From Eledone cirrhosa (Eukaryota), in NCBI GenBank assembly GCA_964016885.1, contig OZ024740.1, positions 240,312,001 through 240,376,000 on the forward strand: DNA of 64,000 nt. Direction: 5' to 3'. Positions 27,452 to 41,900 of this stretch are shown here, piece by piece. Every line of letters starts with the position of its first letter. The first letter of the stretch is position 1. The notes beneath the pieces were generated by a model. It was given only the letters and a program-made list of their open reading frames with translations. It did not search any database and was not told where the DNA came from. A program made the position numbers and the translations under genes.

Positions 27452-27830
27452 AGCATTTAGGAAGCCATTGCTTTGTTAGCAGTCAAAAGAAGCTGAAATC
27501 AAATTAATTCACTTGTATATTCAGTATTTTAGGTTTCCCACTAGAAAGTGGGACCCCATTTGATCATAATACAGAGAGATGGGGAAGATAAGAGAGATGG
27601 AGGCGATGACAGTGGGAGTTCGGTTCGTTCGTGTTCGGACACATTTGTCAAACTGTAGGTTTTTTAAACAATTGTACCAGAGCGTTAAGACTACTGTACC
27701 TCACTTGATTATTTGGCTGAGTTTATTTAAACTGTCTAGTGGGAAACCTAAAATACTGAATATACAAGTGAATTAATTTGATTTAAACTTCTTCTGGCAG
27801 CTAACAAAGCAACGGCTTCCTAAGTGTTAT
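27452..27830. mobile_element. Older inverted-arm element
   Basis: Arms ~27452-27545 / 27735-27830. Confidence 0.65.
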
Positions 27831-28214
27831 TTTGTATATTACTTAGAGCTTTGTTTTTCCTTGAAAATAATACTATTAATGTTATTGGGGATGGTAAGTA
27901 AATATGTAGCAGTATGGGAAACCGCAGAAATGTCTTATGAGGAGATAATTTTTTCTTCACCACTAGCATACACTTCTTACTCTGTACTTTGCGTGTAATT
28001 ACAATTAATTACAATACTTAGTAATAAAGCTTAATCCTGCGTATAATTATCTGCAATTGTATTCTTATTTGAATCTCAAATATTACTCTCCTCGTGTAAA
28101 TAATCACGAACACATAAGCATACACTTATACTTAATATATATGTGTATATGTTCGTGTACACACACACACATATATATATATATGTTTGTATATATATAT
28201 ATATATATATATAT

Positions 28215-28400
28215 AACGAAGGAAGTGTGGTAAGGAACTAGGTGGACCATAACGCACCAGAGTACTCGATACTTAGGATAGTAGAGTGGGTAGTACGAAA
28301 AGAGTCAAGACCCCCGACGGCTGAGCTCATGCCGTTTCAACAGCTAGATCTAGCTGTCGAAACGGCCAGAGCTCAGCCGTCGGGGTCCTGACTCTTTTCC
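28215..28400. mobile_element. Family A element, diverged subfamily
   Basis: Same architecture and ends with substitutions shared by both arms. Confidence 0.85.
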
Positions 28401-28448
28401 TATATATATATATATATATTTTATATATATATATTATATATATATATA

Positions 28449-28663
28449 GGAACGATCGACTTTCGTCAAATCGGACCGAGGGAACAATGTTTCCGTTGGT
28501 CTTTCCAATTGCTAATACTATCTATCGGTCGCAACTCCAGGTAGAAGGAGCAACGTGAAATAAAGTGTCTTACTCAAGGACATAACGCATTGCCTGGTCC
28601 AGGAATCGAACTCACAACCTTACGATTGCGAATCCAATTCTCTAACCACTCAGCCACACGCCT
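28449..28663 (-). mobile_element. Full-length second SINE family copy
   Basis: Minus: ggcgtgtggctgagtggttag A box, gagttcgattcc B box; 3' end abuts (TA)n. Confidence 0.88.
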
Positions 28664-28819
28664 ATATGTATATATATATATAGTAGTGTAGTTTATACGA
28701 AGTATTGTGAGATATGTAGTAAATGACCGATAAGTTTTTTAAAAGCCAGTACAATGCAGTAGATAATACAAATGGTGAATGAAACAAAACAAAACAAAGT
28801 AATGTTTTACCTAGTGTAT

Positions 28820-29330
28820 TATACCTTGATATTTCAGGGCTCCTACCCTCTTTTCATATGCGAAGCTGAAACAAAGATAAAACAAACGAACGATTTGAGC
28901 TCTCTTCTGTGCGGAGTTACAATAGTAACCATTCCTTCTCATGCCTTTCTAACCTATTATTTATTTATGGCTTTAATCGGCTAATTAAAATGGCTCCCTT
29001 AATCCTTACATCTTCTGATTTTCCTTTCATTCACTTCTGTGGTGACCTTGATGTCTTGGTTCCGGCATCTGTCAAGATGTTTGTTTTTTTTTACGGAAGA
29101 GGCTCTCGTTGTCACGTGTTCCTTGATCAGTATGTGTAGCCTCTATATGGTACTTCCGATTTCTGAGGAGCTGTATTTTTTGCACATGATCTTACAGACC
29201 CCATATGCGTTCATACATACTTCTGTGTTGTTGATGGGACAAATAGGAAGTGTACATGTATTGCTGTATGTTGGTTAGTGTCTGTGGAACAGTCTCCTCA
29301 AAGAGGGTCCCGAATGTGCCAGCCATATAT
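28820..29330 (-). pseudogene. Decayed PLE GIY-YIG endonuclease 3' end
   Basis: Minus translation CTLPICPINNTEVC..CKK..IGSTI*RLHILIKEH..RIKGAILISRLKP*INNR; degenerate HHR-like hairpin plus GAAA near 28825-28860. Confidence 0.72.
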
Positions 29331-29642
29331 TCAGTACTTCGCTATGAATGGCTTGTCTGATGGCAGCTGTCGTCTTTTCGTTGAAATGTGCAAGTAGCTG
29401 AACATTCCACAGATACATGCACCCTTAAGGTACTTTTCAGGAAAATTCAGCGTGACACAATGTGTAATAAGGCTGGACTTCTTCCAGCCGAGTGAATTGG
29501 GGTAACTAAAATAAAGAGTATTGCTCAAGGAAGGACGACATACATGCCACCGATAATTGAACACAGAACATTGTGATCGTGAGATGAACATCCCAACCAC
29601 TAGGCCACGTGCCTTCACAATATGTAAATACATACATATATA

Positions 29643-29683
<41 letters not shown>

Positions 29684-30081
29684 CTCTGTGATAAAACCGA
29701 CACAGTTACACAAGAAATAACATATGATGCTTATGGACAACACCAAATATATTTTTCTTCTAATTTACGGGTATAAATAGAACAAAAATGCCAAGCCTGC
29801 CAAACAGTTCCTATGTATAGAAGCTCACAAGAAACTTCATTTACAGCTGTCATGAATAGATATGAGACTTAAATCTGATTTACATCGCATTTTCTTTTCT
29901 GAAACGGCATTTTTATAGTAGTGGGATTGTTTAAGATGTTTAAGAATGTGCTTTTTGATAAAGACACCTCGTGTTATAGCTTGACAACATATCCTTGTTA
30001 TTCAAATATAAACATATATTTATATATGAATATATATATATACATATATATTTATATATGAATATATATATATGTGTGTGT

Positions 30082-30203
<122 letters not shown>

Positions 30204-30319
30204 ACCTCATTTCAAGGTCTGAACAGGCAATGTTGTCTGTGAAAACATGTTTATGAATGTATTTATTTTATGTATATATACAAAGTGAGAGGGGGTATAT
30301 ATATGCAAAGTTCTGCCAC

Positions 30320-32820
30320 ACGCTTATACACCAGTGCCCACAAACATTAAATAAGAATCTGAGATATGTTCGAGGGGATACGAGAATGTCAGTGTAACGG
30401 TTTGTTTTAGCGGATTCTTGAGACTGAATTATGTAATTACATTTCATCTTGAAGCTTAGGCTGAAAGATAGGTCTCTGTGGGTGGTGCAAGTTTATGCAC
30501 CAAACAAGGAATCCGAATACAGATCCTTCCTTCATGAAGTCACTGCAGCGTTAGATGTAGTTAAGACTGAGTTATATATTCTGAGAGGAGACATTAATGC
30601 ACGTGTTGGCACTAACGACCTGACATAGAAAGGATTGATTTGAAGGAATGGCGATCCCGATCTAAATACACATGGAGAGGCCTTGTTGGACTTTTGTTCT
30701 AGTTGAACTCTCTATTAAGAACACCTTCTTCCAGCACAGAGACATCCATAAATATACATTGTAAATCGGGGACAGAAATCAATAATTGATTTTGTAATTG
30801 TCTCTGATCTTTTTGATTCTGTGCTAGATATCTGCAGCTTGAGACTACCTAAAGCCAAAGAAGCAAATAAAACTGGCAGGTCCAGGGTGTCCTGCAGGAT
30901 AAAGTGGGAAGCATTGGTGGATAAGGAAGTCCAAATTCAGAGAACTCCCTGAGCAAACTGAGGACATTGAGACGGAGTGGAGATTCAGCGCAGCAGTTTC
31001 TGCTTCAGCAGTTAAATACTGCGGCCGAAAGAGGCTTGGTGTGGCGCCGAATAGCAGGAAGACTCATTGATTCAGTCAAGAGGTCAAAGATGCCATCCGA
31101 GCAAAGAAGGAGGCTTACAAAGCTTGGCTTGGAAATAAATCCTCCTTCTTGCACTTGCGGTACAAGCAGGTACGAAATATCGCAGCAGAGTCTGTAAAAG
31201 CGTCTAAATTTATATGGGAGGACTTTGAGATTAAACTGGAATCCGACTTCAGATCAGCAAATAAAGTGTTCTGGTAGACCATCCGCCGACTTCGTAATAA
31301 GAAGCCATCCTCAACATATGCTATCAAGAACGCGTCTGGGGTTCTCATCTCTTCAGAGAGGTGCATTTTCGCGAGGTGCAGAAAATACTTTGTTGATCTT
31401 CTAAACCCGAGGTGCATCTGGGAGCGGTGACCAATATCTCGGAGGCTGATGTCGCACGAGCAGTTAAAATGCTCAAATCTGGCAAAGCTGCTAGAGAAGA
31501 TAATTCAGACGCCTTAAATAGAGAAGGTATTCTCTGGCTGACTCGTGTGTGCCGTTTGGCCTGGATCTCTGGATAGGCATCTAAGCAATAGCAATCGGGA
31601 GTGATAATCCCAATTTTCAAAAAGAGAGACAAGAGAGATTGTTCGAATTACAAAGGGATCTCCTTGTTAAGCCTCCCCGGTAAAGTCTATACTAAGTCTC
31701 TGGCAAAGAGATTCAGGGAGATTGTCAAGTCCAAGCTAGCTGATGAACAGTGTGGTTTTTCGCCTCGGGGGCAGCAAAGCCGACCATATTGCGGCAGGTA
31801 TTCGAGAAATTATGGGTGTATTGCCAAGAAGTGTATTCTTGTTTTATCGACTTTGAAAAGGCATATGACCGCGTTTCTCGGGACCTGCTGTGGAAGGTTG
31901 TGCTGGAGTATTGGAATGATGGTCAGCTTCTTGTTGCCCTGATGTCTCTATAAGAATTCCCGAGTATTTGTATTCGGATAAAAGGTGCTAAATCAAAACC
32001 ATTCATTGAGGGATTCAGACTCTGCCAAGGGTGCGTACTGTTACCTCACCTGTTCATTATTTACATGAACAGGATTGACATGCGCAGCCGGGTTGGAAGT
32101 GGTATGATGAATGGCGGGTGTAAAATCAGTCGGCTGGGATTTGCAGACGACATGGTGTTACTTAACTCGACAGAAGATGATACTCGACTTGCACTTGATA
32201 GGTTTAATGTTGAGTGCTGCATAGCTGGAATGAAAATCAGTGCTGCGAAAACTGAAACAGTGCACTTTACATGTGAATGGAGTTCCAGTGAAGCAGATGG
32301 AGAATTTCAAGTATCTTTGGGCTGTGTTTACGTCTGATGGAAGGCAGGAGGCTGAATTAAGAGCAAGAATTGCAAAAGCTGGTGCAGTAACGCATCAGCT
32401 TCAGCATTCAGTAATCAGAAGAAAGGAGGTAGGCGGAAAAGCCAAACTCGCTAACTTCTATTCGGTTTTCGTGCCACCTCTTACCTATGGTCATGAATCT
32501 TGGGTAATAACCGACAAAATATGAATGTGAATATAAGCGGCCGAAATGGGATTCCTCCGAAGAGTCTTTTAGTAACGTAGCTCGGAGATCAGAGAGTCAC
32601 TCCAAGTAGAGCAGCTACTTCTTTGAATTGAGAGATCACTTCTCCAATACTATGGGCATGTGGTTAGAATGTCTCAGGAAAGAATCCCTGGACAGATTTT
32701 ATGGGCAAAACCAACGGGAAAGAGAACTAGGGGTAGACCCCGAGCAATATGGTTGGATAACATCCATGAGCTTAACTGGTCACGCTTGGTGATCCAGCCG
32801 GATCAGTTGGAGACAGTTAC
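30320..32820 (+). pseudogene. Decayed RTE-clade LINE (APE plus RT)
   Basis: VYAP, GDINARVG, SIIDFVIV, IIPIFKKRDKRDCSNYKGISLLS, FIDFEKAYDRV, FADDMVL, LTYGHESW; many stops and frameshifts. Confidence 0.9.
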
Positions 32821-32956
32821 TTCATCTATATAACCATGTTAGCGTATATATATATTAATCACAACATATATAGAAATATTCATTCATCGATACATATATA
32901 TGTGTGTATGTGTAAAGGCATATGTATGTGTGTATGTGTAAAGGCATATGTGTGTG

Positions 32957-33014
<58 letters not shown>

Positions 33015-33061
33015 GGTAAACATTGATGCAATTCAATTCAAGCACTCAACGTACTTTTTCC

Positions 33062-33612
33062 ACTTCTGTTTTCAGCAAACAAGGGGAGATAAGCTGACAG
33101 AGCTCTGTTTCGTACTTGTTGGTACTTATCAAAGCTCAGCACTCCTCCTGCCTGCTGAAAATTATGAATGTTGGATTCTCCCCTTGTTTGCTGAAAATAG
33201 AAGTAAGTGACATTGTCACAACTTTAAAACAATAGCGTAAGGTCTTCAAAATGCTTTTAATTAAGCATACAGTGTATTGCAAAATACACTATATATACAT
33301 TCATATATATATCGCTATTTCAGAGCACTAATTCTTGTTTTCAATTTTTGGTGGAGCGGCAACCGCTCTGTATAATCAGTTCCTGATTAGTACTGGAATT
33401 CTATAAGAATCCAACAGACAGGAGGAGTGCTGAGCTTTGATAAGTACCAACAAGTACGAAACAGAGCTCTGTCAGCTTATCTCCCTTTATTTGCTGAAAA
33501 TAGAAGTAAGTGACATTGTCACTACTTTAAAACAATAGCGTAAGGTCTTCAAATTGCTTTTAATTAAGCATATAGTGTATTGCAAAATACACTATATATA
33601 CATTCATATATA
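33062..33612. mobile_element. Retrozyme-like HHR element: inverted arm plus ~1.4 monomers (303-nt period)
   Basis: 33071-33154 inverted versus 33415-33498; direct repeat 33180-33310 / 33483-33612. Confidence 0.8.
33431..33479 (+). ncRNA. Type I hammerhead with U3-A8 variant core
   Basis: tgagct-TTGATAA-GTAC caacaa GTAC-GAAA-CAGAGCTCTG-TC-agctta; identical inverted copy 33090-33138. Confidence 0.8.
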
Positions 33613-33623
33613 TATATTTTTTA

Positions 33624-33839
33624 AGGAACGATCGACTTTCGTCAAATCGGACCGAGGGAACAATGTTTCCGTTGGTCTTTCTAATTGCTAATACTATCTA
33701 TCGGTCGCAACTCCAGGTAGAAGGAGCAACGTTAAATAAAGTGTCTTGCTCAAGGACATAACGCATCACCTGGTCCAGGAATCGAACTCACAACCTTACG
33801 ATTGCGAATCCAATTCCCTAACCACTCAGCCACACGCCT
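33624..33839 (-). mobile_element. Full-length second SINE family copy
   Basis: Near-identical to 28449-28663. Confidence 0.88.
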
Positions 33840-33886
33840 AATATGTAAATATCGAAGTTGTAGCCGCTATATAGCAGATACCAATC

Positions 33887-34201
<315 letters not shown>

Positions 34202-35594
34202 CGTGTGTGTATACGTTTATATGTATTCGTTATTAACTTATGTATTCATTTACATATTTATATTTGTGACTGTGTAAAGAGTATTATCTCTAGCAATAGG
34301 TAAATACTACACTGACAGTTAACTAGCACACTTAACCCAGAATGTTAGTGTTCTCTAGATACTTGTCTTGGCTCTTGCCTATGAATTTGTTCAAAATTAG
34401 CAAAGCAAATTGGCACCAAATACAAGACATCATTAGACTATAATTATAACTTATAATGTTACTTGTATATTAATAATAACGTTAGTTTTTCAGCACAAAT
34501 GAACACAAAATTAGGGTACCTCAACTTGTTAGAAATATCTGTTAAATTCACTTAAATATTACCCTATAGTCTTAACACAGAGAAGAAACATATTGGACAG
34601 TGTTCCTGGTTATTACAGCCGTGGCTTGAATGCCTTTGATTAGATTTTGGCTGATCCTGGAGCTAATCAACAATAACAACAACTGTTTCTATAGTTTTGT
34701 TGATTTCTTTAATGGACTGGTGGATGAAGGGAGCTGTTTTCGCAGGTTCTCTAAGACTGGTGAAATCGATACAGTCAATGTAATTGAACAACTACAATTT
34801 GACAACTGCTGGAAAGACATAGTCAGAAAGATGACTAAATTTCTAAAGAGGAAGAAATGTTTGGGCATGATAGTTAGCGCTGAAACTAGTGGGAAGAAAG
34901 ACATCAGGCTATAAAAGTTGTATGTACACAAGAAATGGAACCACTTCCCTTCATCTTTGCTAATCATCAAACAAAAGTATAAGCCGATACCTCAAGTTGA
35001 TACTTTTTCCTCAAAACATTTAGTTTTTCTTTGGCAATTTATTATGAAACGAAGACCGTGGAGATCTGAAGGTTGTGGTACGTTGTTGTTTCGCCGCTGA
35101 TCAACTCTTGTCGATTAGACCTGTGATAAAATCATACTTTTTTTATTTTCAGATACTGTGTATCTAAAACTTTCTTATCTTAGATGTCCTTCTGTTTTAA
35201 AGAAGATATAATGTGATGTGAGGGATATTTCGTTGCTATTTTTGGGAGGTCGGTCAATAACTTTAAGGTTCATACGTTAGCTCGTTTGTGTAGCACCAAC
35301 GGATAGGTCTCCTATGTTCTTCAGTTATTATTGACTATTTAAAGGACTTGAACGTATCTATCTCAGTCAATATTTGAGCCGCGATTAATGCGAAGTTCAA
35401 AAGTATCCACGCAGTCTTTGTGATATTGTCGACGACTTTTAGACGCAACTTCCAATTTGTAGATGTCAAATGAGATATACCTCCAATTATCTAATTATAA
35501 GTTTCAACCGTATTTTTCTATAGATTTAAGTGTGTGATTTTTTTTTTTTTAATGTCACTGTTTATTCTATCTAACATTATTTTTAATATTTAAA

Positions 35595-35784
35595 GGCGGT
35601 GGATTGGCAGTATCGGCAGAGGGTCGGACGCCATGCTTTGCAGCAAAGAGTTACGGCCCTTTATGGTCAGTTGAAATCCCGCCGAGGTTAACTTTGCCTT
35701 TCATCTTTACGGAGTCTATAAAATAAAGTACCAGTAATACACTAGAATAATTACTGGCCTTGTGCCAAAAGTAGAAACAATTAT
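35595..35784 (+). mobile_element. Meta-core SINE
   Basis: Head, core and tail present. Confidence 0.88.
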
Positions 35785-36088
35785 TTTAAATATTTTACTG
35801 AAACCACTGGTTTCTTTCACTGGTTTAATGAAGATACATTTTGGTGAGCCGTCAAAATGAAGTTATGGTTCTTCCACATATACGTATTCCTTCTCATGAA
35901 CTTTAAGACCGAATTTGTGATCAGTGTAAAGGTCATGCAAACACAGACAGCGTGACCGATTGATGTGAATGAGTGATTTTTAAATATTTCATTCAATAAA
36001 AGTTATTCATTTAAACCAGCTCTGAACGTAGTTGTTAATTCAATGGTAGTTGCACAAACCTTTAAACCTTTAGGTATTTATAATCCTG

Positions 36089-36188
<100 letters not shown>

Positions 36189-36532
36189 CATACATACATA
36201 CATACATGGTAAAAATAACCTTGTAGCTCAGCAATTCGAGGAAAGAGTACTCAAACACTGTCCAACCTGTATTTTCACATGTCTCACTTCAAATCAATGT
36301 GGAGTCGGGCCAAATTCTCTTTGTGTAAAAAAACTGATGTAAAACTGAAGCAATTGGTCAATAATGCTAAAAATATCCATTGAACACGTCCTAGGGAGGA
36401 AAACTAAAGTTCACATAAAAAGACTATTCACATGATTTGGACAGTTTTCATGAGATGAAGAACTAAGTCACGCTTCAAAACGTATACTTTGACCCCAGGG
36501 AACAGTTCATAAGTGTACAAACACCGACTAAT

Positions 36533-36597
36533 ACAAAGAGGAAATTTGTTATATAATGAAGTCAATAAAAATCCCATATAGAGTGAGTCTGTTCACT

Positions 36598-36656
<59 letters not shown>

Positions 36657-36720
36657 GCGAACAGACTCACTCTATATGTGATTTTTATTGACTTCATTAT
36701 ATAACAAATTTCGTTTTTGT
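36533..36720. repeat. ~68-bp inverted repeat facing inward across a (TA)n tract
   Basis: 36533-36601 versus 36652-36720. Confidence 0.75.
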
Positions 36721-36729
36721 ATATATATA

Positions 36730-36838
<109 letters not shown>

Positions 36839-37857
36839 TTATATATATATGTGTGTGTGTGTGTGTGAGTATATATATATATCAGTTTATCAAAAATGGC
36901 GCATGTTAGTGTTAATATATATAAATATAGAATTCTCTCGTCTACTTCTTCGCTGGTGTTTTATCTCTTAACTTTGGTGGATAACAGAACTTCTTTTCTT
37001 CTTCACATGACAAAAGTCACATTTTTTAACTTTTCATTCTTTCTAGCGTCAACATGCTGCACATCTTATATGCTAAGTCTATTTCTAGTCGTAATTGTTT
37101 GCGTATTTATTTCCGTTTTTGTAGAAAGACAGCCGTAAATGTTTTCTTATTTCTTATCGTCTGACATGCAACTTACCAACAGAGCGGCTCTCCAATGTAT
37201 TGCGCAAACTGGTATCACAAGTGCAATAGCAACTTAATGCACAAAATTTAACGCTAGTACGGTGGTTGACGGGGTAAAGATGCAGCTGTCTGTTCGTCGG
37301 ATGCAACTGTATATATGCAACTCCCATATTTTTCATACATATTTACCTCGACTGCGATTGTCTGTTTCTCTCTTTCTGCTCCCCCGTTCTCTCTGTTTCT
37401 CTCACCTTCTTTCGCCCCCTCTGTCAGTTACACTTTCTCTCGACTGACCTCTTCCTCGCACTTCCACTCACTCACTCTCTGTTTCTCCCCTTCTCACTTC
37501 CTCCCGTTCGTTAGTAGTGGGATTCTTTCTTTCTCACATCTCATTCACGTCGGACGGTCTGTTTTCTGACCGCTCATGAAATTCACCCAGCTTATGCTGA
37601 TCGGATAACCATCATGCTGCTTGCTTTTTTCCTACCTTCGGTTTGCTTTTCCTTCTATGGTGTTTACTTGTCTCACTCGCTTTACGCGATTCACTTGTCC
37701 CAATAGCTTATTTTAGTTATTGCTCGCACCAACCTGAGGTATCTGATTTTTAATGCGATGAAATGCCAATGATGGTTGGCAAATCACTGATGAGGGACTA
37801 ATTTTATAATATGTAACCCATGTGCAACCACGCAGTTTTCCTCTTTATTCCCATGTT

Positions 37858-37924
<67 letters not shown>

Positions 37925-38334
37925 GATATTACACCCACCTTCAAATGTGTGTCGCATCAACTAAAGTCCAGCGATTATCAATTTAGAAATGCAACCCCTG
38001 TAGTTGGTTAGCCACTGGCCAGCTCTGGTCAAGTAAGTCTTTTATCAGAGGTGTTCCTGACGTGATTGCGTGTAAAATATGTGATTTAATGGAAAGTTGG
38101 GTTACTATTTCTACAAATCACCAAGTAGAAGCTCTTTTTGGATGGAAACCTCTTGTTAAGTTTGTGGCTAATTCCGTTGTCTTGTCTGGGTGCAGGGAGT
38201 TAACTGTTTGCTGGTTCACTTTGGCTGTCACAGTCAGTCTAAATTTATATATTGTAATGAATCGCTTTCTGGCCGTATCAGATTTATTGCAACATATAAT
38301 AATGCAGCTTGAACTGACGCTTTAATTAAATCTG

Positions 38335-39130
38335 TGAAATGTGAACTTCTTAAATGTCACACTCAGTATATACGCTGATATAAACAAATCATTCAGAAAG
38401 CAAGTTAGCAAACAACTGTATAGAATTGTAAAGTTCAACCATCTACAGAGCGCCGTCAAGCAGGTTCATAGAGTAATGAGGAAAACGATAAATATCCTCT
38501 CCTTAGCCTATATAAGAGAATAATAGTATGATGAGGCACAAAAACATAAAAATATATGAATATATATATGTAGCAATTACAAACAGAAGACAAAATACTC
38601 ACAAAATACACAAACAGCCCAGACATACAAAAAGCCTGAGATATATCATTGAGTACAATTTGCCAAATAACTTTAATGTTAAGAGCAACTTATCAAACAT
38701 TTCCCGGAAGGCCATAAATTCCAGCAAGTGTTTGATATAAACAACCTTCTAGTATAAGGATTCTTAATCATTTTACGGCTCCAATCATCAAACTATTGCT
38801 ATTATATTCTCATACCACCTACTCCAAACTGTTGAAATCATCATCATCATTGGTCTTATCATATGCCAGTATGATTTCAAGGTTTGCCAATAGCTTTGTT
38901 TTACTTTACATAACGATAACCATGAATATGTAAAAAATTGATAAGGAATTTGTCACTTGTATTATAGAGGATGATACTAGATATTGAGATTCATACAACC
39001 AGCCTTTGGTTTTCGTACCCCACAGGGTACAAATACTCCGATTAAAAATACCTGCTTTATTAATTAATAATATTTCTGAGGTATTTTCCAAATATTTCTA
39101 AAACTATCAAAAGTGATATACAAAATAGAA
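38335..39130 (+). pseudogene. Heavily decayed PLE RT thumb/linker region
   Basis: VNFLNVTL..FRK..FNH and RYIIEYNLPNNFNVKSNL resemble PLE xNFLDVTL..YRKP..SNHP and IIWFNPPYS.NVKTN motifs. Confidence 0.65.
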
Positions 39131-39678
39131 TCCTTTCCATATGAAGGAAGAATATCTTTATACATAACCATTTGAATGAATACGACTAGATAACCATATG
39201 AATGAATACGACTTATTAATTGTGAATGATATAGAATTTTGTACAGCACTCTAATGACTACAAATCCACTGCACCTACCCTATAATTATTCCAGATTATA
39301 CAATCTCGTATATTTCCTTTTTCAAACTTGTAAACCACCGACACATTTTTTATCTCTACTCCACCCTTTCATAATTTCTACTTTATTTAGTCCTATTTAA
39401 TGACACCTTTCTGTCAGAAACTGCGACTGACAGTATGAAAAGACCAATGGAATCATTGTTTCCATGATTAAATCTGACGATTGGCTTCTTTCTTTTCTTT
39501 CCTGTTTAATAAGAGACTGAAATAGCTTGTTGAAATTTTAAAGAATTACAGACTGATATATGAGGTAATAAATGCCGGCTCTGTATATGTTTCGATATCG
39601 CTTATATCATTCTATCGTCTTGCTTGGGCAAGTAACTAGTTAATGTGCTGAGTGAAATATATATAGACAAGACCTTAA

Positions 39679-39813
39679 TCACTTACTGATGAATGATGTT
39701 CCTTGGTGTTAATGTTACTTATTACTAAAATCGATAATTGGTGATTAGCCCAATAATTAAATCGATAATAAGAATCATGTTCTGGAATTTTCATGATACG
39801 GCCGTATAAGTGA
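39679..39813 (+). ncRNA. Long-stem-II hammerhead, mutated (GAAA to GATA)
   Basis: tcactta-CTGATGA-atga...tcat-GATA-CGGCCG-TA-taagtga; downstream of the decayed PLE. Confidence 0.7.
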
Positions 39814-40032
39814 AGGTAATATTGGCTTGATTCTTTCTTTAAGTACATTTATTATTTGTCGTTCTATATATATGTATATAATGCTAGTTATTTCTCAACT
39901 AGATGTATGGAGAAAAAGTTTGTATATCGTTTAAATTTGTATTATGTTCTGAGTTTAATGTTCATTGAGCTTTGTGTGTTGAGTAATATAATCAATATAT
40001 AAGTTATATGTATAGATTTAACCTAATCATAG

Positions 40033-40139
<107 letters not shown>

Positions 40140-40394
40140 AATGTCGAGTACCCCAAATATGGAAATATTTTTATTTGAGGCTACGTCTGATGGGTAGATC
40201 GATACTGGAGTTATATTATCACATCGAAATAAACTTAAGCCAGTCACCTGTGGAAACATATGTAACGTTCTATATGCAATAGAAACATTTTAAAGTGAAA
40301 CATCGTTATCTCATACATAATATATACACTCTGCTAATTAGAAGTACACAACACAGATACCGCGTAAAGTACAAATGGCCTTGAGAATTATCAC

Positions 40395-40455
<61 letters not shown>

Positions 40456-40459
40456 TATA

Positions 40460-40648
40460 GGAACGAGTAGGACCCCGACGGCTGAGCTCAAGCCGTTTCG
40501 ACGGCTAATTCTGGACTAGATTAGCCGTCGAAACGGCTTGAGCTCAGCCGTCGGGGTCCTACTCGTTCCTATTACCCACTCTACTACCCTAAGTATTGAG
40601 TACTTTGGTGCGTTATGGTCCACCTGGTTCCTTACCACATTTCTTCCG

Positions 40649-40650
<2 letters not shown>
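40460..40650. mobile_element. Family A element (palindrome plus tail)
   Basis: Same ends as the other copies. Confidence 0.9.
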
Positions 40651-40694
<44 letters not shown>

Positions 40695-40698
<4 letters not shown>

Positions 40699-40799
40699 CG
40701 TTTCTGAATTTGTTTAGCAAGATTCTTTATCTGAAATCGTGTGTTGAAACCGATATGTGTTTCTTATTGGCAACATGACCCTCCCAAAGTATAACAATA
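40695..40799. mobile_element. Family B element, non-overlapping inverted arms
   Basis: Inverted copy of 60247-60308 joined to direct copy of 60206-60249. Confidence 0.88.
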
Positions 40800-40835
40800 T
40801 ATATATATATATTTATATATATATATGTATATATA

Positions 40836-41076
<241 letters not shown>

Positions 41077-41083
41077 CTTGCGA

Positions 41084-41300
41084 AGGCACGTGACTTAGTG
41101 TTTAGAGCCTTGAGCTCACAATTGTAAGGTTGTGAGTTCAAATCCGCGACCGGGCTTTGCGTTGTCTTATTAAGCAAAACAATCTATTTTACGTTGTTCA
41201 AGTTCACTCACCTGTAGAAATGAGCTGCGACGTCACTGGTGCCAGGCTGTATTATCCATTGCTTTTTACCTTGGACAATATCGGTGGCGTTGAGAGGAAA
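41084..41300 (+). mobile_element. tRNA-derived SINE with alternative 3' part
   Basis: A/B boxes and CORE-like segment; related minus copy ~29440-29615. Confidence 0.7.
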
Positions 41301-41625
41301 CACTGGCCACTATTTTTTAGTGTCTTAAATCATATTTAAAATATAATCTATTTTGTTAGATACATCTAAAAAGATTTTTTTCTTAAATTAATACTCTCAT
41401 GTTTTTCAGTTCGTCCACAATTAACGTATACTCATTGTTTGTTTATTCTATCATATCATTACAAATGGTTTCATTATATCCACTAATACTGACATAAATC
41501 TCTATTAGATATATAGGTTATACAGCTAATTAATTCAAGTAAATAATCGGAATTTTACCATCTATGTATGTTATTTGACTTGCTATCCGAATTTTCATTG
41601 ACAATGTACACACACACACCCACAT

Positions 41626-41685
<60 letters not shown>

Positions 41686-41686
<1 letters not shown>

Positions 41687-41900
41687 GATCGATCGACTTT
41701 CGTCAAATCGGACCGAGGAAACAATGTTTCCGTCGATCTTTCCAGTTGCTAATACTATCTATCGGTCACAACTCCAGGTAGTAGGAGCAACGTGAAATAA
41801 AGTGTCTTGCTGAAGGACATAACGCATCGCCCGGTCCAGGAATCGAACTCACAATCTCAAGATTGTGAATCCAATTCTCTAACCACTCAGCCACACACCT
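41686..41900 (-). mobile_element. Second SINE family copy
   Basis: As 28449-28663. Confidence 0.85.

Noticed and set aside
34630-34970. Overlapping ~94-aa ORFs in unique-looking sequence
   Set aside because: No recognisable domain; start lies in an old repeat; splice sites weak
37780-37830. CTGATGAGGG..CCC motif after a possible decayed PLE end
   Set aside because: No GAAA or cleavage triplet; upstream translation too degenerate
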